DNA of 64,000 nt, taken from an uncultured Desulfosarcina sp. GTDB taxonomy: Bacteria > Desulfobacterota > Desulfobacteria > Desulfobacterales > Desulfosarcinaceae. The stretch covers positions 1,536,001-1,600,000 of the forward strand of contig CAXXWQ010000004.1 in NCBI GenBank assembly GCA_963674945.2. The letters run 5' to 3'. The notes below the pieces were generated by a model, which saw only the letters and a program-made list of their open reading frames with translations, ran no database searches and was not told where the DNA came from. This document shows, piece after piece, positions 9,809 through 20,305 of this stretch. Every line of letters begins with the position of its first letter. Within the stretch, counting starts at the first letter, position 1. The position numbers were made by a program, and so were the translations under genes.

Positions 9809-12800
9809 CTACGGCTCTTCTACTGGACCGCCTTTATGGGACAACTCATGCCCATGGGCGAATTCCCAGCGTTTGTCCAAAAAGTAGAGAATGGGCACTG
9901 TCATGCGTGAAAAAAGCAGCGACGCCACTTCGCCGGCCATCAGGGAAATGGCCAGCCCCTGGAAAATGGGATCGAAAAGAATCACCGAGGCACCCACCAC
10001 TACCGCCGCAGCGGTGAGCATCATGGGACGAAAACGTACGGCACCGGCGTCGATGACGGCTTTGTCCAGTGGCATGCCTTCGCGGATTCTAAGCTCGATG
10101 AAATCCACCAGAATGATGGAGTTTCGTACAACGATGCCGGCGCCGGCAATGAAGCCGATCATTGAGGTGGCGGTGAAAAAGGCCCCCATGGCCCAATGGG
10201 CCGGCAGGATGCCGATGAGCGAGAAGGGTATGGCCACCATGATCGCAATGGGGGTGGAAAAGGATTGGAACCACCCCACCACCAGAACGAAAATCAGGAT
10301 CAGAACCACGCCGAACGCGATGCCCAGATCGCGGAACACTTCGTAGGTGATGTGCCATTCGCCGTCCCACTTCATGGCGAACTTGCGGTCGGTTTCGGGC
10401 ACATTGGCGGTGTGTTGCGCGATTTCATATCCTTCGGGAAGCTGCATGGCCGCGATCTTCTTGCGCATCTCCAGGATGGCGTAGACCGGACTCTCCTTGG
10501 CCCCGGCCACGTCGGCCAGCACATAGACCACGGGCATGAGATTCTTGTGGTAGATGCTCTTCTCGCCGCTGGTCTCCCGGGCTTTGACCAGGGAGGCCAG
10601 GGGTACCAGATCGCCACCGGCCGTTTGCATCTTGATGGCTTCCAGACGTTTGATGTCGGACCGGTCGGCCAGGGGCAGGCGTACGATCACCGGGACGTCC
10701 TCTCGCTCCAGAGGCTGGTGCAGCAGGCCCACCTGGCGGCCGTCGAGGGCCGTCTTGAGTGTCTCGGCGATCTGCATGACGCTGATGCCGTGCAGGGCGG
10801 CACGCTCACGGTCCACGGTGAGCTGGTAGCGCGGATAGTCGTCCTCCATGTACCAGTCCACGTCCACCACCCCCTCTGTCCCCTCGAAGATCTTCATGAT
10901 CTCGGCGGCGATTTCTCGCTGGCGGCCGTAATCCGGTCCGTAAACCTCGGCCACCAGGGTCGAAAGTACCGGCGGACCGGGCGGCACTTCGGCCACCTTG
11001 ATGCGGGCACCGTGGCGCTGGGCGATCGCTGCCAGGGCCGGCCGCACCCGCTTGGCGATGTCATGGCTCTGCTGTGCCCGATCCTGCTTGCCCACCAGGT
11101 TGACCTGGATGTCGGCCATGTATGGTGCGCTGCGCAGGTAGTAGTGGCGTACCAGACCGTTGAAGTTGAACGGACCGCTGGCACCCACATGGAGCTGGTA
11201 GTCGGTAACCTCGTTGACCGTGGCAAGGTAGTCGCCCATTTCGCGAGCGGCGGCGGCGGTGGTCTCGAGGGTGGCCGACTCGGGCATGTCGATGATCACC
11301 TGAAATTCGCTTTTGTTGTCAAAGGGCAGCATTTTGACTTTGACCATGCCCACACCCACCATGGCGCAGGAGAGCAAGAGCAACCCGACGACGCCGATGA
11401 GAAAGGTCCAGCGCCAGCGGGGATTGTGGATCAGTGGATCCATCATCCGGCGGTAGAGCCGCGTGCTCCAATCTTCGCTGGCGTGGTCGTGTCCGCCACC
11501 GTCGGCGGTCTTTTTGAGCAGACGCACGCTAGCCCAGGGGGTGACGATGAAGGCCACGATGAGTGAGAAGACCATGGCCGCCGACGCGCCCACGGGAATG
11601 GGCCGCATGTAAGGACCCATCAGGCCGCCCACAAAGGCCATGGGCAAAATGGCGGCGATGACGGTAAGGGTGGCCAGGATGGTCGGGTTGCCCACCTCGT
11701 CCACGGCCTCGATGGTGACGTTGAACAGATTGCGGCCCTTGTTCTCGGGCAGGTGGAAATGGCGCACCACGTTTTCCACCACCACGATGGCGTCGTCCAC
11801 CAGGATTCCGATGGAGAAGATCAGGGCGAACAGGGTGATGCGGTTCAGTGTATAACCGTACAGGTAGAAAATCGCCATGGTCAGGGCCAGGGTGACGGGG
11901 ATGGCCATGGCCACGACGCCCGATTCGCGACGTCCCAGGACCAACCAGATGAGAAGGGTGACGGAGACGACGGCGATAGCCATATGGTAGAGCAGTTCGT
12001 TGGATTTCTCCTCGGCGGTCTCGCCGTAGTTGCGGGTGATGGTCATGTGGATGTTGTCGGGCAGTTTGCTGCCGCGGACTTTGTCAATGCGGTGCAGCAC
12101 CCGTTCGGCCACATCGATGGCATTGGTGCCTTTTCGCTTGGCCAAAGAGAGGGTGACCGCCGGAAAGACGCCCTCACCTTCGATTCCCTTTTCATCTGCT
12201 GCCGGGCCGGTGCCGAAGAAGGCATACTGGTCCGGTTCCGCCGGACCATCCTCGATGGTGGCCATGTCCTGCACATAGACCGGGCGGCCGTGATAATTGC
12301 CGAGCACCACCCGGGCCACATCCTCGCGGTCCCGCAAAAAACCGCCGACATGGACGGTCACCTCCCCCTTTTGTGAGGGATAGCTGCCGGCCTGGGAGGC
12401 CATATTGGCCGCCTGGATCATACCGGCGGCCTGGTTCAGGTCGATGCCCGCGGCCGCCAGCCGCACCGGATCGAAGAGCACCCGCACCTGACGGGGGCTA
12501 CCGCCGATGAGGGTGGTGATGGAGACATCGGGTTCCCGTTTGACCACGGTTTCGATTTCCGCCGCGACCCGACGCAGCGTGTAGTGATCCACGTCGCTCT
12601 CCTCACTCCAGAATGTGAGGGCCAGAATGGGAACGTCATCGATATAGCGTGGCTTGATCAGAGGTGGCGAGGCGGCCCAGGGAATGCGGTCGTAATTGGC
12701 CATCAGCTTGGACTGCAGGCGCACGATGGCGTTTTCCTCGTCTTCCCCCACATAAAAGCGTACGATCGCCATGCTGACACCGGGAGCCGAGGTGGTGTAG

Positions 12801-13060
12801 ACATACTCCACACCGGGAATCTCCCACAGCAGGCGCTCCATGGGACCGGTGATGCGCTGTTCCACCTCTTTGGCGTCGGCGCCGGGCATCTGAACGAAAA
12901 TATCGATCATGGGCACAATGATCTGAGGCTCTTCTTCCCGGGGCAATGCCACCACGGCGGCGATGCCCAGCAGAATCGAAGCGATGATCACCAGGGGCGT
13001 GAGTTTGGAATCGATGAAGTAACGGGCGATTTTGCCGGCGGTTCCGATCGTAGATTTCAT
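9809..13060 (-). CDS. RND efflux transporter permease subunit
   Basis: 1083 aa; [21 protein letters not shown], multiple hydrophobic segments. Confidence 0.95.
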   Translation of the reverse strand: MKSTIGTAGKIARYFIDSKLTPLVIIASILLGIAAVVALPREEEPQIIVPMIDIFVQMPGADAKEVEQRITGPMERLLWEIPGVEYVYTTSAPGVSMAIVRFYVGEDEENAIVRLQSKLMANYDRIPWAASPPLIKPRYIDDVPILALTFWSEESDVDHYTLRRVAAEIETVVKREPDVSITTLIGGSPRQVRVLFDPVRLAAAGIDLNQAAGMIQAANMASQAGSYPSQKGEVTVHVGGFLRDREDVARVVLGNYHGRPVYVQDMATIEDGPAEPDQYAFFGTGPAADEKGIEGEGVFPAVTLSLAKRKGTNAIDVAERVLHRIDKVRGSKLPDNIHMTITRNYGETAEEKSNELLYHMAIAVVSVTLLIWLVLGRRESGVVAMAIPVTLALTMAIFYLYGYTLNRITLFALIFSIGILVDDAIVVVENVVRHFHLPENKGRNLFNVTIEAVDEVGNPTILATLTVIAAILPMAFVGGLMGPYMRPIPVGASAAMVFSLIVAFIVTPWASVRLLKKTADGGGHDHASEDWSTRLYRRMMDPLIHNPRWRWTFLIGVVGLLLLSCAMVGVGMVKVKMLPFDNKSEFQVIIDMPESATLETTAAAAREMGDYLATVNEVTDYQLHVGASGPFNFNGLVRHYYLRSAPYMADIQVNLVGKQDRAQQSHDIAKRVRPALAAIAQRHGARIKVAEVPPGPPVLSTLVAEVYGPDYGRQREIAAEIMKIFEGTEGVVDVDWYMEDDYPRYQLTVDRERAALHGISVMQIAETLKTALDGRQVGLLHQPLEREDVPVIVRLPLADRSDIKRLEAIKMQTAGGDLVPLASLVKARETSGEKSIYHKNLMPVVYVLADVAGAKESPVYAILEMRKKIAAMQLPEGYEIAQHTANVPETDRKFAMKWDGEWHITYEVFRDLGIAFGVVLILIFVLVVGWFQSFSTPIAIMVAIPFSLIGILPAHWAMGAFFTATSMIGFIAGAGIVVRNSIILVDFIELRIREGMPLDKAVIDAGAVRFRPMMLTAAAVVVGASVILFDPIFQGLAISLMAGEVASLLFSRMTVPILYFLDKRWEFAHGHELSHKGGPVEEP

Positions 13061-14220
13061 CAGGCACCCTCCACCTTCATGCCGTCTTTCAGCGTGACGG
13101 GGATGTTGGAAACATAGCGTTGTCCGTCTCTGAGGCCGGAGATGATTTCAATCCGGTCTGCATAGGTCTTTCCGGCACGCACCAACCGGAAGCGGGCGAC
13201 GTTGCCGTCGTCCACGATGTACACACCGGTGAGCTGACCTTCGGTCTTCACGGCGGTTTCAGGAACGAGCAGAATACCCGTGCCGCCAACGGGGATGAAC
13301 ACCCGGGCGAACATGCCCGATTTGAGATCCAGCCCCTCGGGCATGCCCACTTTGAGTTCGAAGCTTCGGCTCTGGGCATCGGCCGCCGGAATGATGCGTC
13401 CCACATGGCCGGTGGCCTCCAGATCACCGAGGGCCGGCACCTTGACCTTGACCGGCATACCGATCTTTACCGATTGGATATGGCGTTCGGGCAGCACCAG
13501 GTCAGCACAGAAGAGTCCCTCCTGCTCGATGGTCAGCATCGGCGTGCCGGGTGCGGCCAGATCCCCCTCGTCGACCATTTTGCTCACCACAAGGCCGTCG
13601 TAGGGTGCCGTTACCTTGGCGTCCCGTTTGGCGATGCTGGCCTGCTGCACGGCGGCCTCGGCCTGTTGTACACGGGACCGGGACGCTTCCACCATGGCTT
13701 CGGCCTGGGCCTGGGCCGCCCGGGCCTGACGGCTGCGTGATTCGATTTCGTCGTACTCCTGTTTGGAAACCGAATTCTCCTCGAGCAGCCTCTGATAGCG
13801 CTTGTATGTGGCAACGGCCAGATCGGCTGCAGCCCGGGCTGCATCCCGTGAGGAAATGGCGGAGGACTCGGCCCTTCTCGCCGCCCGCAGTCCGGCTTCG
13901 GCCTGATCAAGCTGGGCCGTGACCGTACTGGAATCGATGGTTACCAGCAGGTCTCCCTTTTTCACCGGATCGCCTTCCTGTACATGAACCGCTTGAACGG
14001 TACCCATCAGTTTGGACGAAATGGTGCTGGCCGTGCGGGCATTGATGGTGGCCACGGCTTCGTAGAGAAACGGTTCCTCGCTGATCTTTGCCTCGGCCAC
14101 CGGGGCCTGGATGGTCTGGCCGATGCCCGGTGCGGTGTTGCCCGGCTCGATCTTCTGACCACAGGCGGTGGAAATGGCCAACATCGTCAATAAAACGATC
14201 ATCGTGCGTTTTGATTTCAT
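13060..14220 (-). CDS. RND periplasmic adaptor (membrane fusion protein), lipoprotein
   Basis: Lipobox STAC, lipoyl half-motifs (V.EGD.VKKGDLL; APYDG.V), helical hairpin, LKSGMFARV. Confidence 0.93.
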   Translation of the reverse strand: MKSKRTMIVLLTMLAISTACGQKIEPGNTAPGIGQTIQAPVAEAKISEEPFLYEAVATINARTASTISSKLMGTVQAVHVQEGDPVKKGDLLVTIDSSTVTAQLDQAEAGLRAARRAESSAISSRDAARAAADLAVATYKRYQRLLEENSVSKQEYDEIESRSRQARAAQAQAEAMVEASRSRVQQAEAAVQQASIAKRDAKVTAPYDGLVVSKMVDEGDLAAPGTPMLTIEQEGLFCADLVLPERHIQSVKIGMPVKVKVPALGDLEATGHVGRIIPAADAQSRSFELKVGMPEGLDLKSGMFARVFIPVGGTGILLVPETAVKTEGQLTGVYIVDDGNVARFRLVRAGKTYADRIEIISGLRDGQRYVSNIPVTLKDGMKVEGA

Positions 14221-14245
14221 TGCGGTCTCCGTTTTAATCGTTTAG

Positions 14246-15640
14246 TCATTCAAAATCCTTATCGATGCTACCAATAGCCAGGGCCAGGGCGATGCGGGAA
14301 ACTGTAAAGTCGTGCATGGCCTTGAAATGCTGGGTCTGAGCCTGCTGCAGGGCCACCTGGGCGTCGAGCAAGTTGATCAGGGCCAGCAGTCCGTTCTCGT
14401 ACCGGTTGGCCACGATGCGCAACCCCTCTTCGGCCTGGGCCACGGCGCCGGCGGCCACCTGGATGCTTTGCCAGGTACTCTGGGCCTCGTAATATGCCTT
14501 TTGGGTTTCCACCCGCACGTTCAAGGCCAGTCCCTGGCGCATGGATTGGATTCTGGAAAGCACCGCTTTGGCTTCGGCCGTTTGGGCGGAAATACGCTGC
14601 CCGCTGAAAAGATTAAACTGGAGCACCGCGCCCACGTTGTAGCTCTCCTGGGAATCGCCGAAATCCTCGGTGTTGATTTCATACCCGCCCGTAAGGGCCA
14701 GGCTCGGATAGTGACCGGTACGGGCCCGGCTCACCCCCTGGCGGGCAATCTCTTCCTGAATCTGAAGCTGCTGCAGGTCGGGTCGCTGTTCCAGTGCATT
14801 CGTGAGCCACTCGTTCAGTGCACCCCTCACGGCGACTGCTTCTCCAAAGGTGGTGGTCAGCAAAAGGGGGGCACTGTTTTCATCGGTTTCGGTTATGCCC
14901 ATGGCAGCCCGGAGAATGGCATAAGCCACCTTGAGCCGGCTCTCGGCCGTAAGGTGCTGCTGCTCCAGGTTGGAGATGCGCACCTGGGACCGCAATACGT
15001 CGCTTTTGACGGCCAGTCCGCTGTTCTGACGGTCTTGCACCACCTTCAGATGCGCCCGGGCGGTATCCAACGCCTGCAGCACCACCTGGCGATTTTCGTC
15101 GGCCAGCAGGCATCCCATATAGGCCGTGGCGGTCCGGGCGATGGTGGCCTGTTCACTGCGTTGCAGGGCCAGGCGGCCGGCCTCTTCGTTTTGCTGTGCC
15201 TGGCGCCAGGCAATCCATGTCTGGCCGCCGTCGAAGATACGCCAGCCCAGCGTCAGCGCGGTTTTAAAGTTATTGATGGCGTCCGGGTTGTTCAAGCGCT
15301 CGGGATCGAAATCCTGTGCCGTGATGGCGCCTTGATTGAGCTTGGTACCGAAGGCCCACAGGGGGCTGTCGGTACGGCTGTAGGTTTCCGAGATGTCCAG
15401 TTGGGGCAGCAGCCCCGAGCGCGCCTGAATCGTCTGGGCGGATGTCGCCGCCACCTCGGAACGGTCCGCCTCGAGCTGGGGGTTTTGCCGCAAGGCCGTT
15501 GCAATGGCATCGGACAGGGTCAGTGGCGCTTGCATCTCTTCGGCGTGGGGCGACGTCGTAATCAGAGCCAGGGACAGGAACGCAAGGCCCCCGACAAAGG
15601 CGATGAATCTACTACCCAGTGAGTTCATAACACTCTCCAT
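14246..15640 (-). CDS. TolC-family outer membrane efflux protein
   Basis: Signal peptide, two OEP repeats (LTLSDAIATAL.QNP, YENG....LLDAQ); first gene of the tolC-mfp-rnd-usp run. Confidence 0.92.
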   Translation of the reverse strand: MESVMNSLGSRFIAFVGGLAFLSLALITTSPHAEEMQAPLTLSDAIATALRQNPQLEADRSEVAATSAQTIQARSGLLPQLDISETYSRTDSPLWAFGTKLNQGAITAQDFDPERLNNPDAINNFKTALTLGWRIFDGGQTWIAWRQAQQNEEAGRLALQRSEQATIARTATAYMGCLLADENRQVVLQALDTARAHLKVVQDRQNSGLAVKSDVLRSQVRISNLEQQHLTAESRLKVAYAILRAAMGITETDENSAPLLLTTTFGEAVAVRGALNEWLTNALEQRPDLQQLQIQEEIARQGVSRARTGHYPSLALTGGYEINTEDFGDSQESYNVGAVLQFNLFSGQRISAQTAEAKAVLSRIQSMRQGLALNVRVETQKAYYEAQSTWQSIQVAAGAVAQAEEGLRIVANRYENGLLALINLLDAQVALQQAQTQHFKAMHDFTVSRIALALAIGSIDKDFE

Positions 15641-15900
15641 TCGTTTAGCGGCATTGGGGACGATTCTCCGACGTGTGAATCGCCTCCGTTTTTCTTTCAG
15701 AGCGATATTGCAAATATAACATATTTAACGTTTTTTTCCAGTTCCAGTATTGAATCAGGGACCACCCTACGGTGGGGGAATTTCATTTTAGACCTCAGGC
15801 CGCCAATTATTCAAGAGACGGCTCTTCTCAGATCGTTACAATTTTCAATAATGAGTCAAACGAGTGGCTTGGAGAAAAAAAATGAAGACAATAAAAATGT

Positions 15901-17190
15901 TCACCGCGAAGTCAACTTGATCTCAATGCGGCGATTCTTTCGGTAGGCGGAAGGCGTATCAGCCGGATCGAGGGGATGGAACTTACTGAAACCGACGGCA
16001 GCCATGTGGGTCTCGGGAATCCCCCGGGTGGAAAGGAATCGGACCACCGAAACGGCCCGGGCGGTGGAAAGCTCCCAATTGGAAGAAAAATGCGCCCTGG
16101 TGACCGGCACCCGATCGGTATGGCCGTCGATCCGCAGGATCCAGTCGATCTCATCCGGGATTTTCTCCGCCATGGCCTTCAATTCGACGGCCAGTTGTGT
16201 CAGATGATGAATGCCGTCTGCACCGAGATCGGCCGAACCGGAGGCAAAGAGAAGTTCGGCCTGGAGAACGAATCGGTCTCCTTCGATCCGAATCAGCGGG
16301 TTGTCGTCCAGTACGGTTCGCAGACGCCCAAAAAATTCCGACCGATAGGCTTCAAGATCATTGACCCGCTTTGCCAGGGCAAGGTTCAGACGTCTGCCCA
16401 GATCCTTGATTTGAGCATCCTTGGAAAACTGCTCGTCTTTGGAAAGATCCAGTGCGCGACTGACCATTTCCAGGCGGGCCTGCAATGTCTCGATGCTTTT
16501 GTTCAATTGGGCAATCTGTGCCCGGGCACTGGCTGACAGCCGGCGTTCGTTTTCGATGGCCGCCTCCTGCTCATGGACCAACGCCGCCAGTGCCTGAATC
16601 CGAATTTCCTTTTTTTCGATGGTCCGCTGGGCGAGCAGGGTGCGCTCCTGCTGGTCGGCCAGTCGTGTGTCCAGGGCCTTTGTCCGATCCCGGAGTGATC
16701 CGATCTGTAAACGGCTGTCCGAAAGCGCAACCGTCATATCGCCGATGCGCGCCTCGAGGGATTCCCGCAACTGCCGGAGGGCATCGATGTCCTCCTGCAG
16801 GCTTCCGATGAGCAGCAGCTGCGTTTCGATCTTCGTCTCATCCAGACGGGCGTTCTGCGTCAGGATTGTCACCTCGTCGGTAAGCGTCTCCTTGGTATCG
16901 GTGAGCGCGCTGATCGTAACGTTCATATCGGAAATGCTGGCTGCCATCTCACGATTGCGCTGCTCTTCGAGGCCCAGCTGGGTCGTCAGATCGTTGACTT
17001 TCCGCTGGAGCGCCGCCAATTCACTCTCCTGTCCGGACAGCACCTGTCCCAGCAGGAACTGGGCGACGGAGAAAATCAGCACCAGAAAGATGACGACCAT
17101 GAGCAGGGCACTGAGAGCATCCACATACCCCGGCCAGACATTGAATTCGCGTGGACCGCGTTTGGCGATGGTTGTCATGGCGTCAAACAC
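15901..17190 (-). CDS. MotB/OmpA-like peptidoglycan-binding membrane protein with long coiled coil
   Basis: N-terminal WPGYVDALSALLM TM helix with the MotB-type Asp, roughly 220-aa coiled coil, OmpA-C motifs GHTD, NWELSTARA, NRRIEI. Start may be ATG 17178. Confidence 0.85.
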   Translation of the reverse strand: MFDAMTTIAKRGPREFNVWPGYVDALSALLMVVIFLVLIFSVAQFLLGQVLSGQESELAALQRKVNDLTTQLGLEEQRNREMAASISDMNVTISALTDTKETLTDEVTILTQNARLDETKIETQLLLIGSLQEDIDALRQLRESLEARIGDMTVALSDSRLQIGSLRDRTKALDTRLADQQERTLLAQRTIEKKEIRIQALAALVHEQEAAIENERRLSASARAQIAQLNKSIETLQARLEMVSRALDLSKDEQFSKDAQIKDLGRRLNLALAKRVNDLEAYRSEFFGRLRTVLDDNPLIRIEGDRFVLQAELLFASGSADLGADGIHHLTQLAVELKAMAEKIPDEIDWILRIDGHTDRVPVTRAHFSSNWELSTARAVSVVRFLSTRGIPETHMAAVGFSKFHPLDPADTPSAYRKNRRIEIKLTSR

Positions 17191-18070
17191 CCATCGCCGC
17201 GACCGACCGTTTTCTGGAAAACGGTTTATCGGAAACGCGTTCTTCCAGCAACTTGGCCACCATGCGATTGCTGGTGCGAAGCTCCCGGTTCATCTCAATC
17301 AATTGATCCTTGATCCCATGGGGCTCCGTGTCCGCCGATCCGGTTCCCATGGCGGCATCCTCCCCTTTTTCCCTGTCGATCAGATGCGTTACACCGGACA
17401 GCCACTCTTCCAGTTCGTTGAAGAATCGGTTCTGGGCGTGTCCGGCCTGAAGGTCTAAAAATCCCAACACCAGCGACCCCCCCAATCCGAAAAGGGAAGA
17501 GCTGAATGCGGTTCCCATCCCGCTCAAGGGACCTTGAAGACCGGTCTTGAGGTTTTCGAACACTGCGGCAAAATCGTGACGGGCGACATCCAACCCTTCG
17601 ATGACCTGCCATACGGAACCGATGGTTCCCAGAAGGCCCCAAAAGGTTCCCAGAAGCCCCAAGAAAACCAGCAGGCCGATCATGTATCGGGAAACCTCAC
17701 GGGATTCATGCAGGCGGTCACGAATCCCGTCCAGGACCGTGCGCATGGAAAATGCCGACAGGGAAAAGCGATCCCGATTGAGCCCCTCCAGATGCTTTGC
17801 CAGTGGCTTCATCAGACGGGTAGGATCGGAAACCGAAATTCCCGCCTTCCCCGTTCGAAACATGTTGATCCAGCGGAGTTCCGGTTCAAGAGCGAACACC
17901 TGTCGGATGTTGATGGCGATGCCGACGGCCAACGCTCCTATTATCAGCAGATTGAATCCCCAATTGGCCATGAAGGCCGCTTTGAGCGGCGCGAACATCA
18001 GCAGACAGACAACGAGGACGACCCCCTGGTAGAGGGTCATCCAGAAAAGGTGATGTCGTGGACGGCACAT
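17183..18070 (-). CDS. MotA/TolQ/ExbB-like ion channel protein
   Basis: LGLLGTFWGL and GMGTAFSSSLFG helices typical of the MotA/ExbB channel; coupled to the MotB-like gene. Confidence 0.82.
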   Translation of the reverse strand: MCRPRHHLFWMTLYQGVVLVVCLLMFAPLKAAFMANWGFNLLIIGALAVGIAINIRQVFALEPELRWINMFRTGKAGISVSDPTRLMKPLAKHLEGLNRDRFSLSAFSMRTVLDGIRDRLHESREVSRYMIGLLVFLGLLGTFWGLLGTIGSVWQVIEGLDVARHDFAAVFENLKTGLQGPLSGMGTAFSSSLFGLGGSLVLGFLDLQAGHAQNRFFNELEEWLSGVTHLIDREKGEDAAMGTGSADTEPHGIKDQLIEMNRELRTSNRMVAKLLEERVSDKPFSRKRSVAAMGV

Positions 18071-18132
18071 CCTGATTTTCCTTCCGGTATCGGTTATTGC
18101 ACATTTTTGCCAGTCTCTACCGATATGGATGA

Positions 18133-18148
18133 ATCAAAGCCCGTGCCA
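18133..18148 (-). promoter_or_regulatory. Putative sigma-54 (-24/-12) promoter for the motA/motB-like operon
   Basis: Minus strand TGGCACGGGCTTTGAT: perfect TGGCACG with GG-N10-GA spacing, about 60 bp upstream of ATG 18070. Confidence 0.45.
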
Positions 18149-18434
18149 CATTGACAAAATTTTATTTCTTTTAAAATCAGGGAGTAAAACCGAAGCCTGA
18201 TGATAACCGGCGACCCTTTGACGTTAGGTGTCAACAAATGGCGATCGATATAGAAGAAAACCGATGGGCGAATCAGGAATCAGATAAACTCACCAATCCC
18301 ACACAGATCCTAAAAAAGTGGCAAAAAAATTGCTCGAAGAGTTACAACGAGAGAATGACCAACGACGGGAAGCAACCAAAACCTCGAAAAGAAAGCATGG
18401 TCGTGAAAAGCACCAGGAAAGGCTGTCTATAAAA

Positions 18435-18773
18435 GTGAAAGAAATCGTATTCATTATCATCATCTACGCGATGCTCGCCGTCTTGCCGGCATATGCCTAC
18501 CAGGCAGCCATCATCCCCGCATACGCTTTCGTTTCGTCCATGCAATCATCCATGCGAGACTATCAGGCGTATGTGGAACGCCAAGACCGTGCTGGGGCGA
18601 GAAGGCTCCTCACATCCGAAAAGGTTTTCATCGCCCCTAAGGATGTGCGTGTAGAGGTGGTGATCATCGAAGAGAAACTTGCCAAGGTGAAATTGTGCAG
18701 GTTAAATGAAAAGGCCGAACCTGTCACCATGTACTTCTGGACCCTTGCCGATCAGCTAAAATGGCTGCCGTGA
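18435..18773 (+). CDS. Hypothetical exported protein
   Basis: From GTG 18435 the ORF reads as a signal peptide (KEIVFIIIIYAMLAVLPAYA) followed by a small mixed domain. Confidence 0.55.
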   Translation: MKEIVFIIIIYAMLAVLPAYAYQAAIIPAYAFVSSMQSSMRDYQAYVERQDRAGARRLLTSEKVFIAPKDVRVEVVIIEEKLAKVKLCRLNEKAEPVTMYFWTLADQLKWLP

Positions 18774-18792
18774 CAAAAGAAGGCGATCGGCC

Positions 18793-19059
18793 CTATACGA
18801 TTCGCGGCCTGTTCCTGGCTGAGATGATCGGTGTGTTGAACATCAAGGAGGTAAGATCGTCATTGCGACGAATGTCGAGTTCCGATTTGTCCTCGTCGAT
18901 GATGAAATAACGGGAGATTACCGCCACAATCTCGTTCTGCATCTCCCGTAAACTGTGATTGGACACGCTCAGACGATCATAAACCAAGGTGAACTGCAGT
19001 CGTTTCTTTGCTGTGTCTTTGCTTGCACCTTTTCGAAATATCCTCTTAAAAAATTTCAT
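18793..19059 (-). CDS. minE: Cell division topological specificity factor MinE
   Basis: SKDTAKKRLQ..L..DR and EIVAVISRY motifs; overlaps the minD stop. Confidence 0.92.
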   Translation of the reverse strand: MKFFKRIFRKGASKDTAKKRLQFTLVYDRLSVSNHSLREMQNEIVAVISRYFIIDEDKSELDIRRNDDLTSLMFNTPIISARNRPRIV

Positions 19060-19877
19060 TGGCATTGTGACCCCACCTGTTTCCCGAAACCGATCCTGGC
19101 ACCGATTCTCTTCCAGATGGATTTGGAGACACCCGGAATCTCGATGGGAAGGTCCGGCTGTCCGTTCAGTCGCATGGCGATGCGCTTGAAGGCTAAGCCT
19201 GCCTTGGATTCTTCATTCATCACGATGGGCATCCCGCTGTTGGTCGAAACCACCACCTGTTCATCCGCCTCCACCAATCCAACCAGATCGATGGACAATA
19301 CGTCCACCACATCCTGGTGGCTGAGCATGTCTCCGCGCGCCACCATCGACGGAACGATGCGATTGACCACCAGCTTGGGAGGAATCTGCTTGGAGTACAA
19401 AAGACCGATCACCCGGTCCGCATCCCGGACGGACGACACTTCCGGTGTGCAGATCACCACCGCCTCGTCCGCCGCCGCAACGGCGTTGTCGAATCCCCGC
19501 TCGATACCGGCCGGACAATCCATGAGGATAAAGTCATAGGTCTTTTTCAGCTCCTTGGACAGATGGATCATGTCCTCGGGACGCAACGCATCCTTGTTGT
19601 CGCTCTGGGAGGCCGGTATTAGGAACAGCGTCTCGATTCGACGGCTCTTGATCGCTGCCTGATGAAGTTTACACTTGCCACGGATCACATCCACGATGTT
19701 GAACACCACCCGGTTTTCCAGTCCCATCACCACATCGAGGTTGCGAAGACCGATGTCCATGTCCACGACCGCTACTTTCTTGCCATCCATGGCCAGCGCC
19801 GCACCGATGGAGGCCGTCGCCGTGGTCTTGCCCACGCCGCCTTTGCCCGAGGATATGACGATTATTTTTCCTTCCAC
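19056..19877 (-). CDS. minD: Septum site-determining ATPase MinD
   Basis: SGKGGVGKTT, DIGLRNLD, DCPAGIE, EVSSVRDADR; C-terminal amphipathic helix. Confidence 0.96.
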   Translation of the reverse strand: MEGKIIVISSGKGGVGKTTATASIGAALAMDGKKVAVVDMDIGLRNLDVVMGLENRVVFNIVDVIRGKCKLHQAAIKSRRIETLFLIPASQSDNKDALRPEDMIHLSKELKKTYDFILMDCPAGIERGFDNAVAAADEAVVICTPEVSSVRDADRVIGLLYSKQIPPKLVVNRIVPSMVARGDMLSHQDVVDVLSIDLVGLVEADEQVVVSTNSGMPIVMNEESKAGLAFKRIAMRLNGQPDLPIEIPGVSKSIWKRIGARIGFGKQVGSQCQ

Positions 19878-20137
19878 GATTCACCTCATTCGTTTGCCCG
19901 ATACGGGCCAAAGGGTTCTGTTCTCAGGATGCGATATTTCATAAAAGAGTGATAAAGACGGTTGCACATCAACCTCGATGAAATGACCGCCATAATTCAG
20001 GCAGACGGCCGGACGGGACAGAAAGTACAGTATTCAGCTGGCACCAGGAACGGCAGGCGCGATTGAACCGCAAAGACCGATTCGAACCACATATTCATGA
20101 CGCCGGAATATCGTTTCGTCGTTGCTGAATTTCATTT

Positions 20138-20166
20138 ATCATACTGGAACACATATTGTGTGTCAA
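20138..20166 (-). promoter_or_regulatory. Sigma-70 promoter of minDE
   Basis: Minus strand TTGACA-N17-TATGAT. Confidence 0.7.
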
Positions 20167-20193
20167 GAATGAAAAAACATCAATATATGGTAG
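20146..20193. promoter_or_regulatory. Tandem NrdR-box-like operators
   Basis: GGAACACATATTGTGT (20146-20161) and CATCAATATATGGTAG (20178-20193), 32 bp apart, resembling acaCwAtATaTwGtgt. Confidence 0.55.
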
Positions 20194-20305
20194 TTTTTGT
20201 GATATTTCTGGCTAATCTGCAATGCGGGGAATAACGGCCGACGATGAGGCGATAAGATCATGCATTTGCTAAAGTAACCCGGTATGGCGGTTCGACGGAC
20301 AACAG

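Noticed and set aside
10196..15622. Long antisense ORFs (10196..11566, 14312..15622) and similar shadow ORFs such as 36128..37429 and 37863..38828
   Set aside because: They overlap well-supported genes in GC-rich coding DNA and show no protein motifs.
15755..15782. CsoR/RcnR-type operator upstream of tolC (CCACCCTACGGTGGGGG)
   Set aside because: The flanking ATAC/GTAT symmetry is missing and no regulator gene is nearby; too weak to call.
15901..18070. Zorya anti-phage system (ZorAB)
   Set aside because: The A subunit lacks the long cytoplasmic tail of ZorA, the coiled coil is on the B subunit, and no zorC/D/E genes are adjacent.
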